A stretch of 64,000 nucleotides of DNA, taken from positions 1,483,812-1,547,811 of the forward strand of contig NC_092675.1 of NCBI RefSeq assembly GCF_964355755.1, in the 5' to 3' direction. The notes under the pieces are model-generated. The model had not been told where the DNA came from and searched no databases. It was given only the letters and a program-made list of their open reading frames with translations. Position 1 is the first letter of the stretch, and each line of letters starts with the position of its first letter. The DNA is from Antedon mediterranea. Taxonomy: Eukaryota; Animalia; Echinodermata. Below are positions 36,044 to 49,162 of the stretch, piece after piece. Made by a program: the position numbers and the translations under genes.

Positions 36044-39000
36044 ATGCCTAAGGAGAAGTACGAAAGTAGTAGCAAAGACAGAAGACAGCATCGCATACTC
36101 ACCCCTGAGGAGGTAGCAGCAGGGAAGAAAACAAAATGGGAGGCGCTAGAAATAACGGGTACCATACGCAACGTTAGTCCAAGACTATGGAATTTAAACC
36201 ATTTGACGGCGTTATACCTCAACGACAACTGCCTCCAGCGGGTACCTGCAGAAATTTGTCGTCTTACAAATTTACTCTACCTGGACTTATCAGCAAATAA
36301 GCTTAGGAGTCTCCCTGCAGAGCTAGGTGATATGGTTTCTTTGAGGTGAGAGTCTTATTTTATAAATTTGTTTAGATTCTTACATTTGATATAATATGAT
36401 AATATAGGGACAGGTACAGGTTAGGCGTTGCAAATTTAAAGGTTGGGGGGGTGGGGGAGGAAGAATACTAAAATGGTTCAGGTTCCCAGCGCTCTGCTAA
36501 AATTAGGCTTGGTGGAAGACCTTAAAAATGAGCTTTAGGCTGGGTAGATGTTGCCATCCAGCACAATACAGAGAATAGAGAAATTATCTTCCTTTCATGT
36601 ATACCAAACCAAATGATAATCTGATTGTTCCAAAACAAATTGTGTTTACATTATTACTATAGTGTAAGTTTTTGTATTGTAAACAAGCTATAGACAAGCT
36701 TCACTGAATGAGAGTGTTAAGAAAAGAATTGAACAACCTGTGATCTCTTTGTTGTATTTCACAAAAACATTTTATTAATGTCAAGGATATGGTGACCTCA
36801 ATCGTGAGTGACCTCAGTCATGAGTGGGTCTGTATTGCTTTGGGTTTGTGGTTGTTTATATCTGTCTGATCATTACTGTATTAATGTCTTACTAGATTAC
36901 TATGTTTATGTTTTTTTGGAGGTTTGCGGTGTTTAGCAATACCCCTATGTTTACTAAACTTTACTGTAGTGGTTAGGGAAAATAATGTTTTGTTGTAGGT
37001 TACCACTCTGGTTACTAACTAATGGGCAGTGAGGCAAAGTTGAATTTACAGTAGTGCTTTTTGTAATGATACAATTATCATGGATTGAACCATTAATGTC
37101 ATACTTTAGTTTACAGTTTTCAATGTAAATGACTTCTTATGCTTTTACCAGATTGAATGTTGCGTTCTTTTTAAAAGTAACAATCTTGACAAATGCAAAG
37201 TTTTAATCATGTTTTGCTTTAAAACCAATATCTCTAAATGAAGTAAATAAGAAAGTAATGCATCGGATGTAATTGTAAAGCATTTTTTTCGAAATTCCAA
37301 TTACCATAGGTTTTGCTACATCACAAGAGAAATGTCATTTTGGTGGATCCCTTGTAAGAGAACAACAATTACCATATTTCTTGCTAATGACGTAGCTACT
37401 GTATATCACCAATGAAAATGTCATCTTGATGGATGGATCCTATAAAGAAAAAATTCAACAAATAACAAATATACATGATATACAGTGTATTAGTTTTTTA
37501 CTTTTTTTGGCAAGACATTTTATTATTTACCAGTATCCGATTCTTTTGCAATACGGTAATATATAAGAGAACATATTTTATTTTGCAGGGAACTGTTGTT
37601 GAATTATAACCATTTGCGAGCATTGCCGTTGGAACTAGGCCGTTTATTTCAATTAATCATGCTAGGTTTGAAGGGCAATCCTCTACCGAGTGACTTATTA
37701 AGCATTTATGAAGATGGAAACGGTACACAGCGACTTCTAACACAATTGTTAGATAATTTACATGCTGGATGTAAGTGCAGGAATTCTTACATTGAATTTA
37801 TAATAATGTTATCAAACTCTAAATGCAATGCAATTGGCTCTCTGGTTTCTTCTGTAAATTCAGACCTTGAGGAATATCGGCTCATGCCTTTCAGTTACCT
37901 ATGAGTATTGGTTGAGTTTATATAACCAAAATTCAACACATTTTACCATAGTGGTTCACTTATTCATAATACCTCGATTGTTTTGGTAAAGGTGTAATTG
38001 TTGTTTGTGAATGCCACCCTCATAAAATATTGGTGAATTAAGTAAATAAAGGTCTGCAAGAAAGACAATACATAAGACACATTGTACTAGCTAGTATCAG
38101 CAAATTAAACAATCTGTATGTGATATGACAATAAAAAAAAAAACAGCCAGAGTATTCTTTCAGTTGGCTGCTGTTTTAGGTATAAAGCTTAGACCATGTG
38201 CTACATGTGATTCTTGACCTTTGAAAGTCAAAGTTCAACAACTTCACTTTGTTAAAAAAAATTGACCTTTCCTGCAAACTGTTCTGCTTTGTTTTTAAAA
38301 ACACAAGTATTACAGAATTGTATTTTCCCCTACTGTAAAATTAACCTAATTTTATTCTTTGCTTGTTTTTTGTTTGTAGCTCCTACTGTCATGCCCCCTG
38401 TAAGGCCTTGGCTTCATCTAGCTCACCCAGAACGATCAAAACCTGGAGGTAAATTATTTACATTTTGTTGTACATTCATAAATTTACAACCGGTGATTCC
38501 ATATAACATTCAAAATGAAATGAGTTGAACATACTATGAAAGCTCAGTGGTATAATCATACAATACGCATGTAATAGAACAGAATGCATATTCCGACACA
38601 TATTATACTTATATGAATTGAGTGAATGAACTTTTTAAAATATTAAATGTTTAGCAAAATGTGTATAAATGTCAGTGATACAGTGAGGATAAATGTCATA
38701 ATGTTTAATAATAATCTTATGCTCCGTCTACACTATCAAATTTTATGCGACAAAAAATGTGATGTGCCCATATATGGACATGATGATGTCATATCACTAC
38801 CATATTTGGGCATATCACTACCATATTTGGGCACATCACACTTTTTTGTCATCATAGTTTGATAGTGTACAAATAGCATTAAATCAAAGATTAGATTCCA
38901 TGTCTCTTTATTGGAAAACTGCCCAAATCACTTTCATGTGCCCATGGGTGTCTACATTCTAATGTTAGTGTTTGCTAACCTGTTTGTGCAAAGGTTATAT

Positions 39001-42000
39001 TTAATCACAGTTACACTTCTTGTATATATTTTCTCATGTGTACTGTATAGAGTGACCTTTACAAATTAGTGTACATGGTATAACACTATATTTTAAAATT
39101 GAAATAATGACTACAGTGCAGCTGACAAGCCCATGTCCATATTTGGAAACGAATACTCCTTGTGATTGGTCAACTCACTTTTGAGAACCAAGCTTTAGTT
39201 ATGTAACAAGCACGAATGTGCGATACTCGGGGTACAGCAGCAAAAGAAGCTGGAATGACGTCATAAGACTGGATGTAACGTCACATACACATCAATAACC
39301 TCGCTGCCAAATACGGCTATATGGTACCACCTTTGAGACGTCATATGGCTGCATCCGGTTTGAAATTAAAGGGCATGTCCCTGTAGTATATTCATGCCAA
39401 ATCCCAGTTCAATACTACAACGAATAAGGGAGGAGTAGTACTTTATAAATCGCACTTTTTACTCAATAGTGTCAGATGGAGGAGAAGATAAGAGAGTCCT
39501 AGACTCAGGTATCCCGAATAAAAATACAGTAGTTTAAACAATGGTTTGTTTTATTTCAGCCATTTTCTCATTGATGTGTTACAACGTGCTTTGTGATAAG
39601 TACGCTACTCGTCAATTATACGGCTATTGTCCATCGTGGGCATTGGACTGGGAGTACAGAAGAAAGGGCATCATGGATGAAATTATAAACAACAGTGCTG
39701 ATATCATATGTCTTCAGGTAACTCCTTCGTAATACTCTCTATCTGCAATTCTTATTAATTTCATTTATCTGAACTTTAACCTTTGGTTTTCCATTGTAAT
39801 TCAATCCACTTGTTCACAGTAAAAAACACATTTTAAAGTTAATTTTGATATGTATACAGTACAGTGGACCGTATTGATTAAAAGCTGTGTTTGTATTAAA
39901 TACTGTTGTGTAGGATATTTTCTATGTACACTGGCATATTCACATACTCTACTCTAACTATTCTTCATTAAAATATATTTTTTATTAATTGAATATGTTT
40001 TCAATTCATATTTAACAAAGATCGTAATCATTTATTAATGAACTGAACATGCCTAAGAAAATTGATCTTTTTTCAAAATTATACTTTATTCATATTGTCT
40101 TTTAATAGATTGGAAAATTGCTTAAAATCATCTTTTTTACGATGTAATAATATAACATTGTGACAGAAATACATTTTATAAATTTGTTAAATGCTTTGAA
40201 ATTTAAAAATAATAATTAACATTAAACATTAAATATAAAATTGGTTTGACTTGAAGTTGTAGCTGCTTGGATGTTATTTTAAAATGGGAATATGTGTGTG
40301 GAAAATAGTAAATGGTGGATGGTTGGATATTCAATTATTAGAAAAGAGTCTTCATGCTTAGCAAAATAAGTTAGTTAAGGCAACCATACATTATTTTACA
40401 GTACCCTCTACATACCAATTTGCACTTGGTAAATGTCAGCAAACTCGTGACCTGTTAATTATTAGGCCTAATTGATACAATCTAATTTAATAATAACAAA
40501 TTGATTTTGCAGGAAGTAGAGACAGAACAGTACTTCAACTTCTTTTTACTGCAGTTGAAGCAACAAGGGTACGATGGTGTCTTCAGCCCCAAATCAAGAG
40601 CAAAAACCATGGGAGAACATGAAAGAAAACATGTGGATGGATGTGCCATCTTCTTCAGGACAAGCAAGTAAGTTGAAGGGAAGATTTACCGGTGATTACA
40701 TTCTTCACATGTAAAAAAAATCTGAAAAATGAAACAAATTGTTACTGAATATTGGCACGAACATATGAAAGCGATGTGAAATCCTGGAACAAGTCGGTAT
40801 ACAGACCTCAGACAGCGGTATCTCTACATATGGCCATATCTTTCTAATGAGTGTATCGCAACTAGAATAAACTAGTGTGTGAAAACATACAATTTACCGG
40901 GAGATATCAATTTATTATTAGCCACTCGATTATGCATACATACAAAGAGACAGAACATACATAAAATAGGAATTAATCAACTGCCGAATCATGGAGCTGT
41001 AGATTGGTGGTTAACGATCCCAATGTCTAGGGTTCAATTCTAGTGGCAGAGGTGTAACTCACGACTCTTTCAACTCCACTCTTTAAGCCTCAAATAAGAC
41101 TTAGTTTATAAGCACGATAAATTATAAAATAGTTTATCCATCCTTGGCGAGTTACTTGCTGTTATATGCGTATGAAAAAGAAAGAAAAGAAAGATTTTTT
41201 TCATTTTTTTATTTCTTTATTCAAATTCAAAACAATATAATGTTTTAAAAAAACAGTGGAATAAATTCAGGGTAGCACAAAAAAGTAACCAATTGTAATT
41301 TATTTCCATTGCGACCCTTAAGGATGAAATAGGTACAGAATATAGTTATATAAAATTAGACAATCACAATCACCTGTGTATTTTAAGCAAACCATGTAAC
41401 TAATTAATTGTATTTGAATCTAGATTTAGCCTTGTCAAAGAACATCTTGTGGAGTTTAATCAGGTTGCGATGGCAAATGCAGAGGGTTGTGAGGACATGT
41501 TAAATCGTGTAATGACCAAGGATAACATTGGCGTTATTGCCTTACTGGAAATGCGAGAAGGATGTATTGATCCATGTATGTATAGTCTTTCTTATCCATT
41601 TTCCCATCTGATAACAGAGTTCCTCACCCGCAATGAAGAATGTTGTATTGAACATGCTGCTACATGCTACCACACCATAAATTCACTTTAGATATAAATT
41701 GAGATATTATGTCATTGATGTGTAGATGTAGCTACACATAACCAGTCGTGAACGGGTTAATAATAATAATATGGATTTATATAGATACCACTCAGGGTGC
41801 AGCGTAAATTTAGGTTACCCAGCGTAAATTTAGGTTACCCAGCGTAAATTTAGGTTACCCAACCTAAATTTCTTCCTTCTAGCTCTGGTAATAAGAAGGT
41901 TATAAGGTCTTATAACAAGATAAATGTGTACCTATGGCCTACTCTAATAGTAATTATTATATTATTAACTCAATCCTTGGGTGCCAGTATCACAATAAGA

Positions 42001-42960
42001 GATTGCCCAGACTTTCTAGATATATCTTTATCTACAGAATCTGTACTATTTTCTATAAACTACTAATGCTTGCTTTATTTGTTATTCCATAGCATTTAAT
42101 TCCGAGTCGACTCCAAGACAGCTATTAATGGTTGCTAATGCCCACATCCATTGGGATCCAGAATTCTGTGATGTTAAGCTTATCCAGATCATGATGCTTA
42201 TGAAGGAGCTGAAGAAGTTTCAGGAAGAAGAGTCGCACAGCTTTAGGCCTGGGTCATCAGGGTCACAGAATGACCAACCAGCAATTCCACTCTTGTTAGC
42301 TGGTGATTTTAACTCATTGCCTGAATCAGGTAGGCTTTACCTAATAGGCACCTTTAAAAGTTCCTTGAACACCCCTCTGCAATAATGAACTAGTCTGGTA
42401 TGACTACTGTGCCAAAACCATTGTTAATTTTGTAATGTTGTTTCCTGTGGTGTGTATTTACAAATGCCTTATTTCTCCAAGCTTTGAATTTAATTAGTTT
42501 TTTTATAATTATATTATAATGGTTTAAATTATGTTTTGTTTCAGGTGTGATTGAATATTTGGCAAAAGGAAAAATCTCACTAAATCATTCTGATTTCAAA
42601 GAGATGGATTACAAGAAGCTATTTAACTTTAGCAGCAGTCCCGAGCAAAACGGTCACATTAGCCATTCCTTCCGCCTACATAGCGCTTATGAAAACACGC
42701 ACATGGATTTTACGAATCATACGTTCGATTTCAAGGGTGTTATTGATTATGTATTTTATTCAAGTGACTTTATGTCGCCACTCGGGGTCCTTGGACCAAT
42801 GAACTGTGACTGGTTTGAGAGTCAAAAAGTTGTAGGCTGCCCGAATCCAAATGTGATGTCAGATCACTTCTCGCTGTTGGTCGAGTTTGAGATGCCGTTG
42901 AATTTTAGCAACAGCGTTACGGGTGGCGGCAACAGTCACATCGTGCTCTCGAGGCGGTAA
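36044..42960 (+). CDS. CNOT6: CCR4-NOT transcription complex subunit 6 (CCR4 deadenylase; LRR + EEP nuclease), 556 aa
   Basis: Exons 36044-36345, 37589-37770, 38380-38448, 39560-39717, 40513-40667, 41424-41575, 42093-42329, 42545-42960 (1671 nt). MPKEKYE start, LRRs, CYNVLCDKYATRQLYGYCPSWAL, CLQEVE, AHIHWDPEFCDVKLIQ, GDFNS, IDY, SDH. Confidence 0.97.
38720..38872. mobile_element. MITE family A (two internal 20-bp subrepeats)
   Basis: GCTCCGTCTACACTATCAAA...GTTTGATAGTGTAC. Confidence 0.8.
40990..41190 (+). mobile_element. Degenerate tRNA-derived SINE (same family as 8615-8805)
   Basis: GGGTTCAATTC B box, shared body and A-rich tail. Confidence 0.6.
41800..41872. repeat. 20-bp tandem repeat x3 followed by a short inverted segment
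   Basis: (CAGCGTAAATTTAGGTTACC)x3 then CAACCTAAATTT. Confidence 0.9.
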
Positions 42961-43417
42961 CAGCCTTGGTGGCGCCATTTAAATTCAATGATAATCTGTA
43001 CAGTTGTGTATATGAGTTATTTTTATGTCTCAAAATTTAATAGAAATGACTAAATTTAAAATGACGTAATCTGATAGATGTTCCCAAACGATTTTGCAGT
43101 AACTGCTTTGGTGGCTTTGTAACTGATGTTTGATAAATTGTAAAAATGCACTCCTGACCTATGACCTAAGCCATCCTGACCCTTTACTCATTATTACTAG
43201 CCTAATTAGTTATTAATGAAAATTGCATACAGTTGTTAAGCCAAGTGTTCCATTTTAAAACTTATTTTAAGATTTTTATTTTATTTTTCATTTGATATAC
43301 AATTTAAATTGAATTTGTTGAAAAAAAAACCCCAAATTTTCATTTCTTCTACTTAATACTAATCATGTATTTATAAAATGGAAAAGGATCCTCCCCAACA
43401 TTTAAATTATTTCATTG

Positions 43418-43540
43418 TAATGATGTCATAAATGGTTTGTGATTTTGATGATGTCATAAATGGTGTGTGATTTTGATATCATAAATGGTTTGTGATTTTG
43501 ATGATGTCATAAATTGTAGATGATGTCATTATGATGTAAT
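43418..43540. repeat. Degenerate ~28-bp tandem repeat
   Basis: TGATGATGTCATAAATGGT(T/G)TGTGATTT, about 3-4 copies. Confidence 0.8.
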
Positions 43541-45889
43541 CAATGATTAAAAGGGATATTTTTAATTATTTCATGAATACTAACTGATTCAACCAGAGAA
43601 TTTATCCGTATAATTTGACCTTTATAATATTAATAATTATTTCCTATCATCAATTTTACACACCACAGTTTTTTGTTGTATTTAATATACGAGGGGGTTT
43701 ATTGTTTGCAAATGCGTTAAGTTGTAACAAGAATTCAAAGTAAAAACCATAGTGAGTATTTTAACAGCAGGTCAGTAAACATATCGAACTAGGACCAAAA
43801 TATGTGCAGTTACTATTTCATCGTTCAAACTGAAATGATATTCATCTAGTTTTTGAAGCGACCAATGTGTCCAATTTAGATATTTGTCAGAATTCTGGCA
43901 ACACATATTTTGTGTCTATTTTATCGACTGTTTTATTTAGTGTTTCTGTAATTGATCAATGTAACGGTTGCGTTAATATTTTAATTTGATTAAGATGTGT
44001 CTGGAAAAAACAGTAATGTGAAAATCAAATTTAGATTTCAACCCAATTTAACACCATAATACTGTTGATCCTTGCTATTTGATATGTCAATATGTACATA
44101 TGCATAATACTATGTACGTATGGTTTTACATAATGAGTACTTTGTGTATATCAATTTTATACATATTGTATACTATATGTATTTACATATACTGTATGTA
44201 TATATGTGTGTGTTGTATGGATGCACATATATGTACAAATTTTTGATATTACATGTGCATTTACTTGTTTTATGAAGCAATGATATAAATGTACATATAT
44301 GTACATATTTTTACATAAAAATATGTTTGCATATGATTATTTACATGTTTGTAAGTGGTTGTATAGATAGGTGTACATATATGTACATATTTCATAAAAA
44401 TGGTTTATGTGTCCAATCATACACATACATATGTACATATACAGTATATGTACCATATGTACATATATATGCACCTTTTTAATATCCGTTTGCTTTTGAG
44501 TAAATTAATTGTATGTTTGATGTCTGTTTATCATAGATTAAAATCACACCGGATTGAATCAACATTTCTATTTTTCATACTAGGTTGGTTTCTGCCAGTC
44601 ATAAAAGTATAAATATTTTATAAAAAAAAGAGAATATACAATTGTGGCTAGTTTTGACAGAATTCAGTCTAATATAATTTTCTTATACCTTACACTTTTT
44701 GCACTTTTGGTTGACAGGTTTTTGCAGCATATTTGGCCCAATTGTTGTGTACATTTTTATTGGGTCATGTTTTGGTAAAAGTGTAGTCATTTGTTTGATC
44801 TAGGTAGAGTTTGTTTGCTTGTTGCAATACCATTTATTTTTGGACATGACTGTTAAGAACAATTACCTGAAAAATGACCAACAGCAATCATGATAGGGTT
44901 ATTGGCAAAACGGGTGTCGGCCTAGGCTGTGCCTGCTGCCCCGATGTTTGCTAATAATTCTGTCATTCCACAATGCTGCAATAATTTCAAATCTCCATTT
45001 GATACCAATGTGATATCATGAATATTAAATAATGTCATGTGAAAATGTAATGTTTACGAAACAAATTTTGATGAAGTATAATTTTGTTAAAATCAATGCA
45101 ATTAAATTCATTTTCCTGGAAGGTATTTTAAAATTCAAGATCCTGTCAGTTTAATCTAAATTACGCAACCATAGGTTTTTGTTTGTGTCTGTACAGCTTA
45201 TTTTTTCAATTGTTCATGTAATGATAATTCTGGTCTAGCCATGTAGTTAAGTTAATTTTTAACGTTCGTAGATGGGGTCAGAGGTCGATTTGCAAGCACC
45301 ACATTTTAGTAGATTGTTGTATTTGATCAATTTTGTATTTTTCCTTACTTGACGCTGGCTTTTCCAGGATTTCAAGTGTACAAATTTTAATTCATTGTAT
45401 TTCTTATAAAACCTTTTTTTATAAAACATAAAATGAAATTTACATTGACGGTAACAGAATTAAAATCAGTCTGTAAGCCCATCAATTATGTAGATTAAAT
45501 GAATAAATTGGTGCTGAAGGTGTTAGAATGTGCAATTTAAGAAATGGTCCAAATAGAATCTTAAAGTGTAAAGCATTAGTGTCAAAATGCTATACACTTT
45601 CTGTCATTGTTTTATATGTCAAGAGCTCTACTTGAATGACGTATATGGTTTATTGTTCATTTGGTTTCATTAATTGTATCTAATTAGGACTATATTTTAT
45701 ACTACATATAAGTGACATCTTAGAATTAAAAAGTTTGTGACATTCAGATTACCATGACATCTTCATTTGAAAGTGACATCTGTAGGTGCCATATGACCAT
45801 GATATTTGCAATGGGCAATGACACTTATAGGTGAGGTCTTCAAATGTTGGGTGTTCTTCCTGGTGGCAGTGTTGGTGTCAACATCTTTA

Positions 45890-45957
45890 AGCCTGGTTTC
45901 CACTTGCACGCAACGATGTACTCGCAACGTGCTTTGCGTGCCAGTGGGAACAAAGCT
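45890..45957. mobile_element. 68-bp hairpin micro-MITE, Harbinger-type
   Basis: AGCCTGGTTTCCACTTGCACGCAA pairs imperfectly with TTGCGTGCCAGTGGGAACAAAGCT; TTA on both sides. Confidence 0.7.
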
Positions 45958-47787
45958 TTAGATGAAAAGAGAATAATCGTTAAAATGTGCAATTAGTCTT
46001 ACCTAGAAATAAACAAGTTTTAAATGTGAAGAATGTGATTGGCAATTGGGAGGTTTACTCCGTTTTAATGATTTGATTTAAATTCAATGAATGTTTATTT
46101 CTAGACGGACTACTACCTATTTTTATATGGAGGAGGGTATCTTGTGAATATTTGTGTAAAGGTCATGTCATAGTTCAATTCAACCATGACATCATCATTG
46201 TTAAAATAACAAATTATAAGGTTAGATTGCTTAGTGTTGTTTTCATTCCAATTTTGTGACACCAAAGGTGTAAAGACAAGAATAATGTAGATTTCTGAAT
46301 TGTACAAATCTAGGGTTCATCGCAAATAATTGACCTTTAACCTTTGACACTTGATACCAAAGATGCTGGAGTGAACAGCTTTTGAAGAAGACACTGTCAT
46401 CATCTTTTGAAACAGTACTAAATTTGAACAACCCTGAAAATAAGTTTACATAAAAAAAATTACAAAAACATCAAGTCTTATAGAAAAAATGAACATTTGA
46501 CTGAGAATATATTTTCTAAAAAACATAAATATGATTTTGAAACATAAATTGCGGATCATAGATCTAAATCTTGTTAATGTTATATCTTTTGTTGGGCGTT
46601 TCCTTTTATTAGGCCCGCATCTTGCAATTGTAACATTTTTAGAATCAAAATTTTATAATGAATTTAACGAAATATCAGTGAATTATGTCACTTCTCAGGT
46701 GGTATTGGTAAATGCAATTGTCACATCTATATTGATCTGTACATTCCTATATTTGAAATATTTCAACTCTTTGGTTGAGACTTAGAAAGTATTTTAGAAC
46801 AAGTGTTAATTTTTTTAAATTTTCAATTGTAGTCCATTGTTTTTTTTTTAATAACTTTGAAGGCCGAGACAATTTCATAATGGAAATATATATTTGGTGA
46901 ATGTATACATAAAAGTATGATTTCTTTTCGGTTTCCTGATAAGTATATAAACATTTAAGTCAAGTCAATTATCCATGCTGTTACACTATTTTATATATTA
47001 ACATGATGTATCTCATGTGATGGTAGGCAATCAGTGAACATTGGTTTTTTTTAACAATTATCTTTTTATAATCTCTTATACTTCATGGATAATTATAAAA
47101 TCTTATTATGTATGAATTATTCTAGGAAAAATGTATATTCTTCAATCACTGATAATTTTTTTTCCATTGGGTTTGTTTTAATAATAACAATGTTTGCTTG
47201 CAGCCAACTTTCCAGAACAGATCTCTCTGAAAACCGGAAACTTTCCAAAACCCAATTGGGTTTTAAAGGTCCCAAATCTTATTTTTTTGTAGTATAAATA
47301 ATTCTGAAGGGGTAGGGGGGATTGGTGATGTAAACAAATGTTCCATTGGAGGTAATGTAAAAATGCAATCTGCAAGCTAAATTTTTTTGTGGAGAGTTGG
47401 CTGTAGTCACATAATGATCACGTCTGTGACACAGGAAAACTTTTTTTTATATTAGCCATTTATCAGTAAAACAAATTTAAGAAATATTTCAACACAATGG
47501 TGTATAATTCATGGTCTTTAAAAAAAATTATGTTTTGAGCAGCTGAATGTTCACTCAATAATAAAACATAATCAATTGTATTCTGAATGTAAAATTATCA
47601 AAGCACATTTTATGTGGATATTTTAATAATTCGATGTGTAAATTTAAATCCCATTTTGATGCAATACAGAAAACCCAATAAGAAAAAAATATATTTTCAA
47701 TTGTAAATTTTTTTTTTTTATACAATACCTATTATGAAGGTCGACATTGTATTAAAATGTATACATTTGTTTTTAATTGTATTTTTA

Positions 47788-47996
47788 GCCAATTCTTGGT
47801 ACGTTATCTATAATTTCTCCAGTATCATAGGCAAGCTCAGTGATACAATGTCACATATGTATCACATGTGACTCGTGTATCGTGTATCATGTATAAGCCT
47901 ACCTTAGCATAGTACATGCACCACATGTGATATATATGTGATACAAAATTTGCCTATGATATTTGCCTAGGTGGAGATACAGTCAAGAATTGGGAT
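47788..47996. mobile_element. Imperfect inverted-repeat element related to 34716-34946
   Basis: Inverted pairs CCAATTCTTG/CAAGAATTGG, TATCATAGGCAA/TTGCCTATGATA and TATCACATGTG/CACATGTGATA. Confidence 0.6.
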
Positions 47997-48401
47997 GTAT
48001 TTTAGTTGTTTCAAATCTATTATTTTTGTTATATTAATATTATAAACACATCGTTCAATTTGATTACCAACAACATAATCATAATAATATTCAGTAAGAT
48101 CTTTTGTAGAAACATCATTTTGATAGATTGAAACTTTGGCGACGATAAAGATGTATTTGGACCATTTTTAAAAGCACCTACTACTGTAGTGAAAGGGATG
48201 TTTAAGTTGATGTACTTTTTTGTTTTAGTTTCAAGAATAAGGTTAGCTGCCATTAGGCTGCTTCTGTTGTGGTTAGCTGCTTCGGTCTCCTCATCCATTC
48301 TTTGTACATTAAACAAGGCAATTGTAACATGTTGAAAATAAAGATAATGTGAAAATAAACACTGATTATTTTGCTTTCCGTTTTGGAGGATGATTGAGTA
48401 A

Positions 48402-48746
48402 AGCCCGGCGCACACTAAAGCTTTCGGCTGAGCCAATTGGCACGAGTAACACTTGGCTCACTAAAAAAATTTGTCGCAAACTGTGATCGCGTTCTATCGG
48501 ACGCACACTAAACGCTTCAGTACGCGATTTTCTGATTGGATAATTACTTACTACACTATACGGCAAGCGCTGACATGTAAAAAATATGAACATGTCATGC
48601 GAAGGGGAATTTTTTAGTGAACTATCTGCTCACGTTCGGCGCAGACTCAAATATTAAACACGATAGATATTTTCCTCAGCGTGGCCGATTCCTAACACAT
48701 TCCCCGGCGCACACTGTGAAAAGAAAGCTCTAGTGTGCACCGGGCT
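48402..48746. mobile_element. Non-autonomous PIF/Harbinger element, 345 bp
   Basis: TIR AGCCCGGCGCACACTA / TAGTGTGCACCGGGCT; TAA target-site duplication on both sides. Confidence 0.85.
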
Positions 48747-48789
48747 TAATCAATGACTGGAGTGATAGTGTGATGATCATGGTGACTAA

Positions 48790-48885
48790 AGCTCTGTCTA
48801 CACTATCAAACTTTATGTGACAAAAAAATGTGATGTTCTCATATATGACATGATGATGTCATATCACTACCATATTTTGGCACAT
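48790..48885. mobile_element. MITE family A, right end missing
   Basis: Perfect left TIR and core; the sequence runs directly into the tandem duplication at 48885. Confidence 0.8.
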
Positions 48886-49162
48886 CTCTCGGAAGTTTTC
48901 TAGTTCTAGTTGTCCCATGACCTAGATGATCATAGAGGCGTACCAGATGAGATACAATAGTTGTACTTATTATGATACACAGGCATATGCCATATCTCCC
49001 AGTGGTGCCTATTGTATCTCCTCTCTCAGAAGTTTTCTAGTTTTAGTTGTCCCATGACCTAAATGATCATAGAGGCGTACCAGATGAGATACAGTAGTTG
49101 CATTAGGATACACAGGCATATGCCATATCTCCCAGCAGTGCCTACTGTATCTCCTCTCTCAG
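48885..49162. repeat. Tandem duplication, ~135 bp x2
   Basis: GAAGTTTTCTAGTT.TAGTTGTCCCATGACCTA.ATGATCATAGAGGCGTACCAGATGAGATACA...GTATCTCCTCTCTCAG occurs twice. Confidence 0.9.
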
